Assembly: GCF_009914755.1 (NCBI RefSeq)
Contig: NC_060947.1
Length of the DNA stretch: 64,000 nt
Strand: one strand, 5' to 3'
DNA from: the human T2T-CHM13v2.0 reference genome, Homo sapiens
The position numbers and the translations under genes are program-made. The notes under the pieces were generated by a model, which was given only the letters and a program-made list of their open reading frames with translations, had not been told where the DNA came from and did no database searches. Below are positions 16,066 through 31,228 of this stretch, piece after piece (positions within the stretch are counted from its first letter, which is position 1; each line of letters starts with the position of its first letter).

Positions 16066-18504
16066 ATTGCTCAAAGGCTCATAGAATTCTCTGTTATCAA
16101 TAATCCTCTCAAATGTGACTTCAGCAAATATTTTTCTTGCTCCCATCCATACCTACCTAGCTGCTCTAATCGAATCACAGCAAACTACTTCAAATGGCCA
16201 AAAAACCCTGAATTATTCCAGGTCTCCTTCTTTTGCAAGTGACAGACCCCTATTTAAGTAAAAGAAGGAATGTATTGGGTTCCATAATTGAATAGTCTTT
16301 CAGGGAAGGCCAGATGCAGGCATTTTAATAATGTCATTGGGTCACACTTTTTGTCATACTTTTTTTTATTATAATTTTTGTTTTATTGGTTTATTTTTCT
16401 TTTTTATTCTAAGACATCTTGTTATTTATAGCATGTCATACTTTTTTTATTACTCAGTTCTGCTTTCCTCTGTGTGGTTTAATCCTAAGCATGCTTTCTC
16501 CTTGCAGTCATAAGAGAGCCAGCAGTAGCTGTGGGTTTAATCCTTCTACATTAGCTATCTTAGCTTTCCCAATGGTTTTAGCCAAGGAAGCTCAGGATTG
16601 CTTCTCCTTGGGCAGACCTGGGATATATGCTCCCTCTTGGGGACATGGAAATGGTATAGCTTCTTTTAAATCACATGTTCTAGGAATGGGGAATGGTGGT
16701 ATCTCAAAATAAACTCAAGATGTTGCTGATAGTAGAAGACCATTAAAGCCGGGTGGTCAAGCTTCCTCATTCTGAAGTCTAGCTACATACCTTTATCCGT
16801 ACTATCCCTATATTAACCAATTTCCAAAGCTCACCTCTATCAACCTCCTTGTTGTTCTGAATTTTTAACCTTCAGGACATATTGTTAACATTTTATTGCT
16901 TTACTGTTTCTCTTTTTACATCATGAGACTGTAAAGCCACACTCAGGTTTTAAAACTGAATGAGCTATTATCCTTCTTCTTTATGCCTCATATCTATTCC
17001 ACTGCATGTATTCTTTGGCATGGTGGATAGTACCTTTGTTGGTCCAATTGTCCAGAGCAGAAACCAGCCATAATCTTTGACTTTTATCCTCCTTTACTCC
17101 CACATCCAGTTGCTCATAAAACCCTGTAAACCTGCTCGCTTCAGATCTCTTGACTTCTTCCAAGTCTCGCCACCCTTCCTGCTATTGCCCTAGTCCAGAT
17201 TTCCTCATTTCTTGATTATTCTACTTACTGCTCTGACATATGGTCCTCCTTTAAATATGTTCTCTAATTTTTCAAGAAAACTCATCATTCTAAAGCACAG
17301 ATATGATCCCACGACTCTCCTCTTCAGAACCTTTCAGCGATTCCCTGTTGTATGATTTCCATGGACCTTGGTTTCCTTATTGATAAAGGAAAGGCATAAA
17401 GAGATGATCTCTTGGAGATGATCTCCAGCTCCATGATTCTGTTAATCCTTGCCAGCCTAAAGCAGTTAGCTCTGTTTAATCATTTGGTAATGGATTTGTC
17501 TACCTTTTGGATTATAGACTGAGACCCTGTTTTTTGCTGGTTATTGCCCCTTTCTGTATCTCAACAGAATGCTGGGTCAAGTCCTGTCGAGCAGTCATCG
17601 CATATTGAGAACAGCTGGCTACGTATGACCATGGCCATTCCAGAGTCATAATATGAATTATTTGGAAGATATCTGCTCTTTTAAGTACCACCTCTTGCAT
17701 TCATGCAAATGTATAAAAATTGTATATGAGAATTACTTTGACCTTACATGTTTGACATTGGAATTTCTTACAATAAGGAGAACTGTGAATGTGCAAGTGA
17801 AAAAGAAATAAGACAAAAAGCAGATGTGTTAATGTATTATCAACACTAGGCTATTATCAGGTTATTTAATAGCCATTGAACTATACCACCATAGGAATTT
17901 ATAATCACTCTTTTCCTTCTACCCTTCTGAATGCTGGTGAAAACCTTAGAAATGACCACATGTAGGAAGCTCTTAAACGTTTCCAGTTAAATAATTTACT
18001 CTACCTAAAGGAATATCTACATCCCCACTTGCCAATTTAATGTACCTTACACAGATACATTAGTTTACAATGGAGGAATACCTGTTTTAGCAGTGTCCCA
18101 TACAGCAATGTTATATTATAAGTCATTCAAATCACTCATCCATACACACACATTGTAATACCCAAAGGTATAATTGACATATACTTTCTTCATATCCACT
18201 AAGCTAGGGTGTGGACCATTGCTCCTTCTTGGCCAATGTGACCTAATCAAACTCAGTTGCCCCTCCTTCAGGTGGAATGGCGAGTGCCAATTTGCTTGCT
18301 TATTTCAGGTGGCTTTTAATTCTGGGATTACATGTGTACTGGCGATCATGATTAGCCTATAATGGCTAACAAAGTGCCCTAAATTGATAAAATGGGAAGT
18401 AGAGGGAAAAAAAGACAATAAAGAGAATCAAATCCTATGTTAGAATGCACACTTCTGTGGCTGCTTTTGGCAGAGGTGTATAATCAAGCAACTGGTCAGG
18501 AAAT

Positions 18505-18809
18505 TATTCTAGTGGAGTAATGATATTACAATAAATAACGCTGCATCCAAATTAAGTATAGGACAATTAGAGGTGGGGCTTCAAAGAACCCTAATACTTC
18601 ACCCTACCCTGTATCCATACCCTTTGTCATGCAACTTTGACATTCAACAAAAACACCTTATATTTCCTCATGTGATTTGCCAATAGACTAAGGCAGAAAA
18701 GAGTGTGTGGTCCTGAGACTAGACCCTCAGAAGTCTTGCATGTCTCTGCTTTTGCTTTAGCCCCTCTGCCATTGCCATGCAAGTATGCTGGGGTTGGCCA
18801 GCTAAAAGA
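18505..18809 (+). repeat. 305-bp local direct duplication, copy 1 (copy 2 at 20904-21208)
   Basis: Ungapped manual alignment, about 13 mismatches in 305 bp. Confidence 0.95.
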
Positions 18810-19944
18810 CAGCAAAACCCAGCCATGGATGGAAAGAAAATTTTGACATTATGAAGAGCATCACAGACATCAATAAATATCTATTGAGCACATACAATGT
18901 GTCAGGCATTGATCTAGATGCCAAGCATACAAGAGGAAACAACACAGACAAAATTTCCTGTTATTATGGGGGTTAAATTTTAGTGGAGAGAGATAGATGG
19001 GAAACAAAACAAATAGGTAAAATATGTAGTCATTAGATACTAATGGTTGGTGGAGGGGTAGTAACTTTAAACTAATAAGTTGGAGAAAGTCTCATTGAAA
19101 GAGAGGTGAAGAGGCAAGCCATGAGGTAATTTTTTGAAGAGTATTCAAAGGACAGAAAACTGCAAAGGAAAGAGGAGAATTAGGGAAAAGTTTCCAATTA
19201 TGTTGTTAATCTAATAAAATAGGGATGAGTCACCACAGAGGATATGCTATAAGGAATGAAGAAAGCACTATTCAGTTATCTCAAGCATTTCTAGGATGCA
19301 CCCTTTGAACAAAATTTTGGAAAACTTTTTGAAAGCATTTCTAGGATGCATTATCCCATAAAATGTATTAAATCTTAATTGGTAAGGTTTGACAGTTATA
19401 CAATTACTGATTTTTTTTCATATTCACCCATAGAGAGCAATAATTTGCATAAGAGAAACCCTGATTTTAATACTCTCTTTTCTGGATAGTTTTGCATAAT
19501 TTTTATGCGATTTCCTTGATGAACCCAATAATACTCTCTTCCATCCATAGTTTTGCATAATCTGCATAATAAGGACGTACTGAAGAAGAACTAGGAACTG
19601 AGCAATTCAGCAAGATCACAGAAACATGTGTTGGGAGCTGCCTGTCAGCAAATGCTGCTAGAAATTCTGTGACTATCAGGACAAATCTTGCAGATAATGG
19701 TAAAATAAATGGCCTTGGCAAGATTTTGTATAGACTGCATATTTCTTGTGGGGTCATCACTACTTTTAAAGAATCCAACTGGAATTGTTATTTCAGAACA
19801 CAACGTTTTGGGTGCCTGCATACTTCTCTGTCTTCCAGACTTCTCTAAAATATTTATCTTCCTAACTGCTCATTGCCCTGTTGAGTGTAGACTATTGATT
19901 AGAGGGGACTTCCAGAGCATTGGATTATGGGAAGCTAGCAGGAC

Positions 19945-20490
19945 ATTCCAGTTACCTTGCTCCATAACACATTATCCTAAAACTTCGAGGCTTATAACAA
20001 CTATATTTTTGTTTGTAATTTTTTGGGTCAGGAATTCTGGAAGGGTCTGGGATGATGGTAATCTGAAGGCTTGACTGGGGTGGATATTTCCAAAGTGGTT
20101 CACTCACATAGCTGTCAGTTGATGCTGTCCTCGGGCTGTCAATCCAAGCACTTCCAGGTGACCTCTTCATGTTGTCTGGGCTTCCTCTCGATAAGGCAGC
20201 TTCAGGGTAGTCAGATTCTTACAAGGCAGCCCAAGGCTCCAAATGTGAGTGCTGCAACATTTAAGATGGAAGCTGCATTACTTTTTATAATTAAGCCTTG
20301 GATGCCATACGGTGTTATTTCCATCACATTCTATTGGTTACAAATGAGATATAAGCCCACCCAGAATTCAGAAGAGGTTGCATGTACCTCCCTCCTGATG
20401 AGAGGAATGTCAAGGTCACATTGATTGCAGAGGAACATGTGGCATAGGAGATATTGTTGTGGCCATATTTGAAAAATATAAGCTGCCACA
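19945..20490 (-). mobile_element. MLT1-type MaLR LTR
   Basis: Typical antisense MLT1 text (gggtcaggaattctggaagggtctgg ... atcacattctattggttac ... ggccatatttgaaaaatataagctgccaca). Confidence 0.7.
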
Positions 20491-20903
20491 CAGGGTTAAT
20501 TAGCAAAAGTAGAATGTGTGAAGACCCCGAATTCAAGGTAAAGTATAGAGGTCACCATATCTTGTAGAGAAACAGACAAGAGCAAAAACTGCAGAATGTT
20601 TACATTCTTGTGCTCACAAGAGGAAAAGGGTCCAAGAATATAGGAGGAGTTTAGACATGTCAGGCTAAGGTTTCAAAAAAGGCCTCACTCTGTGTTCTAT
20701 ACTTTAGGGTACCTTAAGTCTCTCATGGCACTCTCATGGTAATTCATTCATTATTTCATAAACTTTCAGTAAATATCTACTACAGGGAGTAGTGGTAGTA
20801 GTAGCAATAGCAGTAGCAGTAGTAGTGGTAGAATAGAGACTATTCTAGGATCTTGCATATCAGTAAATAAATGCAAGAAAAAGCCCTACCCTCATGGAGA
20901 GTA

Positions 20904-21208
20904 TATTCTAGTGGAGTAGTGATATTAAAATAAATAACACTGCATGCAAATTAAGTATAGGACAATTAGAGGTGGGGTTTCAAAGAACCCTAACGCTTCA
21001 CCCTACCCTGTATCCATACCCTTTGTCATGCAAATTTGAAGTTCAACAAAAACACCTTATATTTCCTCATGTGATTTGCCAATAGACTAAGGCAGAAAAG
21101 AGTGTGTGCTCCTGAGACTAGACCCTCAGAAGTCTTGCATGTCTCTGCTTTTGCTTTAGCCCCTCTGCCATTGCCGTGCAAGCATGCTGGGGTTGGCCAG
21201 CTAAAAGA
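20904..21208 (+). repeat. 305-bp local direct duplication, copy 2
   Basis: Matches 18505-18809; here the MLT1-like sequence continues beyond the duplicated part. Confidence 0.95.
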
Positions 21209-21393
21209 GAAGAGACATATGGGCCAGAGGCCAGTCACCTCAGTCTCCCCAAGCAAGACCCAACCCACCTCCAGACACCTGAATGAGCCCAGCCAAGATC
21301 CTAGATGCATAAACATTAAATTTACTGCCATATGCTATTAGATTTTGTGATTGCTTTTCATACAGCATTTTGGGGCAATAGACAGATGACACA
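20965..21393 (+). mobile_element. MLT1-type MaLR LTR
   Basis: cacctgaatgagcccagccaagatc and 3' end tatgctattagattttgtgattgcttttcatacagcatt...gacaca; start approximate. Confidence 0.65.
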
Positions 21394-22772
21394 ACTGGGA
21401 AAAAGTGGAAGAGCTCGTTTTCTTGGAGACGTGTTTACACACAGTTCTATTTTGAAGCCAGTTAGCAGATCCCTGTTGTTGTTGCTGGCGCTACCTCTAG
21501 GCTGGAGTGTTTCGAAGAATAATCAGAGTCAGAATTAATAGAGTTGCCTCTAGATTCATGACAAGGGTGAGTGAGGTGTGGAGGAATGAAGTGGAATAAG
21601 GCTTCATTTCTGCTGGTAAAGGCTTTATTTTATGTTTCCTTGTCTGAGGGGACAAAAATCACCTCTAATGTCTGTTATGGTTGAGGGATGAGGAAGGAAG
21701 TCTCAAGGAGAAACTCAACATTCCTGTTGCTTCTTTGATGCCTTTTCCTCCTTTAACATATCAAGCTCCCTGCCTAAAAGTGGACTTTTATCATTATTAT
21801 TATTATTAAAAATAAACCTGTTTTGGCAGCATCAAAGGGGGACGATGGCCATACTGTCCTTGAACTATGTGGATGTGTCAGTCCTGGCAATCATGTTGGC
21901 AAACTAAGGTTCTTTCCCAGACTACATCAAGTAAGGGTGGAGGGGCAGGGTATTTAATATCTGCTTCCCAATCATGGTGACATTTAACACTTCTGAGGAA
22001 AAAAAAATGCCTCCAAACTGGCCTTTCAAGTAAGTGGAGTAGTTACTCTCCCCACAAAGTATCAGAAACTGTTCTATGAGCCACTTACTCCTTTATGTCT
22101 TGCACAGTCCCTATCAAAAGTCAAATACTCCTGGGAGACGTGACCTCTTTAGTCTTCAAGAGTCAACACTTTGGGAAAGGCAGAATTATTTCAAACAGCT
22201 GAGCACAAGAAAGGCAACTAGCTTGTGTAATTGTTCATTTTCTGTTTTTTCCTACTGAATTGTAAGCTACAAGGGGTCTAGGACCATGTCTATCTTATTC
22301 ATCCCTCTATTTCCAGGTTTCAGGACACATAGGAGACCCTCCACAACGCCCTTGGGAAAAAAGCAGAAGAGGACAAACATGGGAAAAGAAGGGAGGGAAG
22401 GGGGAGATAAAAAGCCTAATTAAATTCTCACAGAGCGTTTATCCTAATATTAACTAGTTAATGACCTCAAGATATGTATTGAGCTTTTACTATGCACGCA
22501 TGGCAGGAGGGGCGTGCCCCTTCCTTGCCTTAACCTGGTGTGGTTCTTTGACTTTTTACTCCTGTATACTCGAAGAAAACAATACAAAAATCAAAGCTGG
22601 GAAAAAAGTTCCTGTATGGGGTATTTCACCGTTTTAATGCATTAAACATGATGTGCTCAAATGCCCCAGCCTTTGGGATTGAAACATTCATAATGAGAAC
22701 TCCGAAGCGACCAAGATGAAATACAAACTTCAAAGAAGGCGCCCAGTTTTGTCTTGCTACTCTAGCCTAGTT

Positions 22773-22941
22773 CAGTGGCGCCTCAAACTTTAATGTGCAT
22801 GCGAATCACCTGGCAATCTTGCTGAATATTCAGATTTGGAGTCAATAGGTCTGGAGTGAAGCCTGAGATGCTGCGTTTTTAACATGCCCCCGGGTGATGC
22901 TGATGCTTCTAACCCAAGGACCACACTTTGAGTATACAAGG
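22773..22941. mobile_element. MER5-type hAT MITE next to the CpG island
   Basis: cagtggcgcctcaaactttaatgtgcatgcgaatcacctgg ... ggaccacactttgagta. Confidence 0.8.
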
Positions 22942-22999
22942 GACTGGAGACCATCACCTCTACCGCCAGGTGTGTGTATGCTGAGTCCCAGCGTTCCAG

Positions 23000-24125
<1,126 letters not shown>

Positions 24126-26434
24126 TAGCATTTCTTCAGTCCCTTGAGGTCTATCTCCTGCTTTTGTCCCTCTTCTTTCCTGTCGTTTTCAGTCTCTCAT
24201 TTGTTGAGATTCGGCGTCTCTGCGCTTTGTTCGTGTTTTTACGTGGCATCACTCCAGATGCCTGTTAGCTTTCTGGGGGATGACAGTGTGGCCCTTTCAA
24301 GTAAGATGAAAACCTCAGAAATGGAAGGGATTTCCTTTCCTTTGACTCTGCTGTCAAAAGCTGAGGCATCCTCGAATGTTAGAGTGCTAGAAAGTAATGG
24401 AACTTTTCGGGGCCGATGTGGAGGTAAGTTGCTTCTGGAGCCCTGGGTCTGTAACCAAGAATAGCTGCTCAGCTGTGGGTCTGATGTGTTTACTGTTTTG
24501 CTTACTATTCAGTTCAACCCATGGCTCTTATTAAATGCATATCTGATAGGAGTGTCCCCTTTAAAAATACATAAATGTAGACGGAAACGTACCCGGAAAT
24601 GTACCCCATTGTGGTTGAATGTGCATTATTTCACTTAAAAATATTTGCTTAGGATGGGCAAGACCACAGCTTTCTTGACAGGGCAGCTTTTCTTGATGAA
24701 TAACTTTACAGTGGCTCCTAAAAGTGAATTGGTTTTCACATACATATTTTTTCCTGGACTCACTTTGAAATCAGCATGTGGTTATTAGAAGAGAATATGC
24801 CAGTTCCTGTGGAGTAGGAAAAAGAACAAAACTCTGAAGGATCATAGTGACTAGAACGGAGAGAGAGGCACTTTCATTCATAATCCCCTGGAGCCAACTA
24901 CTGTTCTAGGGAGGAAGTGACACATTTAACTTGGCTTTATTTAGGTGAGAAAGGCGTTTGAAGAAAAATTAAAGGTATATAGAGTGTTTTAAAAGAGTAA
25001 TTAACTTAGATCACCTCTACAGAGGCAGACAGGGTTTTTTTTTAATAGCAGGTGAGGTTGATTCAAGTGAGAAAAAAGATTACTAAAGAATGTGCACTGT
25101 GTTAGCTGGGCAGCAAAGGTTTATGTCACAAAGTTGTCTTGAAATAGTTTGCTCTGCTTCTGAGTCACTGTTAACTGCCAGCAGTTTTTCAAATGCCCTT
25201 CCAGTTGTAGAAAACCTTTTAGAAGGCCACAGAGATATTTACATATCATTTGCATTGCATTTGCATCTGCTCCCCTCACCTTGTAGTCTGGCAGCAGGCA
25301 ATTTTCAAATTTTTTTTTCCAATTGTTTTCCTTAATCTTGCCTCTTCCCCTTTCCATGCCTTGAGGCCTTTTTTCCAGAATGGAATGGGAAGAGTGTGTG
25401 ACCACTAGATCACACAGGTGGAAGCAGACCAGAAGGACTCTGCCCAAAAACTGGTGGTTCAGGCCATTCTGCAACACTGATCCACACAAGACATCTATTA
25501 AGACCTCTCTTCTGCCCTCCTGCCAAACCAGGTCTTTTTTTTTTTTTACTAATCGAGTTGAGGTGCTTTGGCCCCTGCTCCCAGGAGATGGAACAAGCTT
25601 CAAGGATAGCAAAAAAAAAAAAAAAAAAAAACCCACCACCACCACCAACAAAAACAGGTCTTAACCTGAGCCTGAGCAAACCAGTTAGTTCCAGTGCCAG
25701 CTGCAGCTGTGTCAATTCAAGACTTTCTGGCTTGAAAGGTGTAGGGCAGGGGCTAAGCATGCCAGGCTGGAAGCCCTTTGAGGGGAAAGTAGAAGTTTTA
25801 TACCCCATCCCCTCCCCGCAAATCCTAGCCAGCACAGGACTTTGTCCTCAGTAGGTGATCCATAGACCTTGATTAGATTGAATTGCGAATTTGTGTCATT
25901 TCTCTATAAATAATCTCTCAGTATGTCCTGGGTTTCTTCCCCTCCGATGTCATTTATATTCACATTCCTCTGGCAATTCCCTCAGTTATCGCTCTAATTT
26001 AGATCCTCCCCACATTACTGGGCACATCTTTGCCACCTAATAAATAGTTGAATGAATGAATCACCATATATTGGGATTAGTGCAATATACTTTGAGCTAG
26101 AATCTCCCACTCAAGCCGTTCCATCTACCTCTAAGAAACAAATATTTCAAAAGACATTTTTCATCATGTTATTTCCCTGCTCAACATACTGCAGTGGCTC
26201 CCTATTACTTTTTCTCCAGTGGCTTGTCATCTCACAAAGTTATGATTCTTAAAAATAGCCGAGAAGGCCCCACATGATCTAGCCTCCTACACTCCTACTC
26301 TACTCCTTGCTCATTCTTCTTCAACCACACTGGCCATCTTCCTGTTTTAGTTACTTTCCTGTCTCAGGCTGTTTGTTCTTACAGTTCTTTCTACTTGGAA
26401 CACTCCCTCTAGATATTTATAGCTAGATCTCTGA

Positions 26435-26782
<348 letters not shown>

Positions 26783-28139
26783 TTGTATAGGTCTTTACTT
26801 CCTCAATGAGGCTTTTCCTGACTACCCTATTTAAAATTGCAACCCCACCCTCAACTTATCCCCCTTTCGTGATTTGTTTTACTTAAATTGTTTATTTATG
26901 TCTTCGCTGATTAGAATGTAAGCTCCATAAGGGTAGACATTTTTGGTTTCATTGATGTTCATTGCCAAGACTGCCTGACACATTTTTAGATGCCCAGCTT
27001 TGTGTGTGTTTGCAAATATCACTCAATTTTAGTGGTGTCCCATTTATCAATATTTTCCTTTACGGTGGTAGTTTTGGTGTCATGTTTAAAGAAATCCTTT
27101 CCTACTGCCAAAGTTTCAGTAAATATTTGTTAAATGAATGAATGAATGAATTATAGTTTCTTCCAATTATTTTTCATGGCTTAAGCTCAACCAATAAAGC
27201 AGTGCTTCTTAAACTTTAATGTGCTTAGGAATCACCTGCAGATCTTGTAGAGCTGCAAGTTCCTGGGTGATCCTGATGTTGCGGTAGAGCATGCTTTGAA
27301 TAGCAAGGCAATACTGTGCTGCATAGGTTTTGGCATTATACCTGCCACCTCTATTAAGGCATACTATGAGACGCCATTCTATGAAGCTTGATATGTTTAT
27401 TTAAAAGGTCTATAGTTTAGAATGCTGATTACTATATTCTACCTTTCACTCTAAAGACCCACAAGAGGAATTGCTCTCAGATTGTAGAGACAGTAATAGT
27501 TGTGTGACTCCTGGCAATTGATTGAATTTTTAAAATCGTCAAAATATGTCATGTAACTGATTCTATTTCTCACTTTGTGTTGGCTACTAGGGAGTGTATG
27601 GCTAGAATTGTGGTCCATATAAGCTAGCGTACAGTACCTTAGCAGATCTATATTTATGTGTGGACATTTCCCCTGGGTTTATCTAATTTGTTTCTTCCTT
27701 AGTTTACCCTTTTCTAGGTTCTTTTCTTTTTATTTGATTTTGTTGTTTGTATTTATGTTTATAAGGTTCAGATATAAGAAAAAGATGTATGTGTATGTGG
27801 CAAGAGACAGAGAATCCCTCTCTCCAGGCATGTATTTTCACTTAACTTGGCCTTCCTGGAATAGTTCCAAGGGTTTCTTAGGCAGATATCCTTGAGCAAT
27901 GGGGCATTGAAGTCTCAAGAAATCATGCCATAAAAACTTATATTGGGCCCATTCGGCTTTCCACTGATTGGTGGAAATGTAGCAGACAACGGCAGAGGGA
28001 TTCTGGGGAGACCTAGGATCTCAGTTAAAATAATAATTCTGCCACTGAGTGATCTTGGAAAAATATTTTAACATCGTTGAGGCTTAATTTCCTCACCTGT
28101 AAATTGATTAATAAGAGCTTCTTCGTTGACTTGTTCTGG

Positions 28140-28730
28140 TTTTCATTCATTCATTCAGTAAATGTCAGGTTTCTACATGGTGTGAGGCAACTTACTAGAT
28201 GCTTGGGTTCAGTAGTGAACCAAAAATAAAAGTCTGTTGGTGAAGAAAAAAATAACATCAGTCTTTTTAGATAAGTGCTCTTAGGGATGTAATCAGGAAC
28301 TAACTGAGGACAGGTGGCAAAGGGGAGGGCTGCTGTTTGGTAGGAAAGCTTCTCTGTGGAGGCAGCGTCCTGGCTTATCACTAGAGCATGGGAACCAAGT
28401 GGCTGCTCTAAGAACAGGCATTCCAGGCAGAGGGCAAGAGCCCCTAAGGTAGGAAATGACTTGGACATTTCAAAGAAATAGAAGGAGGCTAGCATGGCTG
28501 GAGCAGAGAGAGAGCAGGGGATAGAGGAGTTTGAAACCATGGAAGGAGACATGAGCAGGGTAAAATCAGATCCTGGAGGCCCAAGTTAGTCAAAGTTAGG
28601 AGTCTGCATTTGTTTCGTGTTTAAAGGAGGAAATATCTTGATCTGACTTACCTTTTAAAAAGATCGCCCTGGTTTTCTGTATTAAGAGTGGATTGACAAT
28701 ATTAAGAATGATAACAAGGGGGACTGGTTA
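28140..28730 (-). mobile_element. L2 fragment
   Basis: (cattcatt) tail and L2 motif aagaacaggcattccaggcagagggcaagagcccc. Confidence 0.75.
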
Positions 28731-28731
28731 T

Positions 28732-29160
28732 GGGGGGTCTAAACCCCTTTTGTGCCAAGGACTCCTTGTCAGTCTGGTGAAACCTACAGGACCTCGTCTT
28801 AGAATAATATTTTTAAATGCATAAAATAAAACACACAGAATTACAAAGGAAGTCAATTATATTGCAACCATGTTACCAAAACATTTTTAAAATGTGTGAG
28901 CAGTAGCGTATGTGCTCCTTTATCAACACATTAAATAAGATTTTACAGCAGGCTAAAGGATGATGATACTTTTGAAACAGTGATGAGAGTCAATGATATT
29001 TTGAGATACCTTCCACAGCTACAGTGTGGTATGCATCTGTGATTTCTGTAGGTGACAAAGTTACAAGTACAACTAGTGGTTTGTAGTTTACATTTGTAAC
29101 GAAATGCTAATTTGTTTAAGTAAGCTAGGAAACATGTAGATGTGATTTTATTTCCCCAGC
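28732..29160. mobile_element. hAT-Charlie DNA transposon remnant (MER119-like)
   Basis: ttttgtgccaaggactccttgtcagtctggtgaaacct...tagaataatatttttaaatgcataaaataaaa matches my recollection of the consensus. Confidence 0.55.
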
Positions 29161-30240
29161 CAAAGGAGACTGGTTTGGAAGTTGCTGTGATGACCAGTCC
29201 TAGATAAAGTACCTAGTACAGTGCTTGGCACATAGTAGCTGCTAAATGGAATCAATGGTAGCCTTTTTCGCTACTACTAACAGAAAACCTAAGGTAATTC
29301 TGAATATCAGATAGAAAATGATACTTAATATGACGTATCTATCTTCCTGCTGTGATTTGAAAACAACAACAACAAATTATTGCAAAGTTGTTAATTGGGT
29401 CTTTGGCTCATTTCTAAGGCAGGTGGTTGGCAGCTGTATAAGGGGCAATGCTTTTAGCTGTAAATAACAAAATGCCCAATAAAAAGTCATCTAAATAATG
29501 AGAACATTTATTACCTCACTTAGCAAGGAGTGGAAAACTAGGCCACTCCAGGATTGTTTCAGCAACTCAGGAGAGTTATCCAAATCCAAGCTCTTTCCAG
29601 GCGTTTTCTCTGCTATTCTCAGTGTTTGAGCTGTTTCACCTTTCAATGTTGTAAGATGGCTGCTGTCATTGCAAACATAGTGTTCCCCTAACTGAAGTGG
29701 TGAGGGAAGGTCTGAGGCTTTTTTTCCCCCTGCATCTTTTTCTAAAGTCATGTAGAACATTCTATCCTGGAAGAATTTCCCTCTGACTCATTGCCCAGCA
29801 CTTGGTCATTAGCCAGTTCTAGTTTCAGGGAGGCTGGGAAGGCTAGTGTTTTTATTTTTAACCTTGATCATTGACAGGTACCGACACGAAAAAAGGGAGA
29901 AGGAAATGGTTGCTGGTTGGTTACCAAAGCATCTGCCATTTGGCGTCCCTTGGCAAGGTCTGTCTTGTGACCTCCTTTATCCATTCGCTTTTCATCTCTT
30001 TGGTGTTTCTTTTCCCTTTTCCAGGTCACCTCCATGTGTCATGACACCTGTAAGGTATCTTGTTTTTGCTGTCAGCTAGTTGCCAATTAAATAAAAGCTA
30101 AGATATTAACTATTAATTAAGATTTAAACTAGCAAAGTTTGGGGAATATATTTTATGGCAGCAACTGTGTTTTTCCTACCTTTTCTTAAAAATTATTTCT
30201 CTCATCAAAGATATAAAACAAAATGAGTCTTTATTTATTA

Positions 30241-30566
<326 letters not shown>

Positions 30567-30868
30567 TTAAAAGTTAACATGTTTTTTCTTTTTTTAGAAC
30601 AGTCTATTCCATAAAATACCTGTATTTTATCCACTTATACAAATTATCATATTATACATATATTACACAGCTTGCTTTCTTGCTTAATGTACATTGGACA
30701 TCTTTGCATATTGTATAGAGAGATGTAACATGTAACATTCTTTATACTGGTTCCATTTAATGGTTATACTATAACCCTTATTGATGGACATTTGGGTTGA
30801 TTCCAGTTTTTCTCCTTTTTTTGCTATCACAAATAGTGCCATAAATAATATACATGCATATACATATA

Positions 30869-31228
30869 CAGTAGTCCCACCGTATCTGCCAGGGATATGT
30901 TCCAAGACCGCCAGTGGATGCCTGGAACCACGGATAGTACTAAACGCTATATATACTACTTTTCTGATCTGATACCTGAGACACTTACTAAGTGACCATG
31001 GGGCAGGTGGTTTACAGAGTAGATATGCTGGAAAAAGGGATGATTCATGCCCCAGGTGGGAAGGAGAATGATGTCCCCAAATTTTATCATACTACTCAAA
31101 ATGGCATGAAATTTAAAACTTATGAATTGTTTATTTCTGGAATTTTCCTGGTAGTATTTTTGGACCCCGGATGTCTGCTGGTAACTGAAACCACAGAAAG
31201 CAAAACCTTGGATAAAAGAGGACTGCTG
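30869..31228. mobile_element. Tigger3a/MER7-type TcMar MITE inserted in an old L1 3' fragment
   Basis: TIRs cagtagtcc...ggactgctg flanked by TA target duplications. Confidence 0.8.

Noticed and set aside
19283-19561. Spaced short direct repeats as a CRISPR-like array
   Set aside because: Only pairs of two different repeats in mammalian DNA, with no regular repeat-spacer periodicity.
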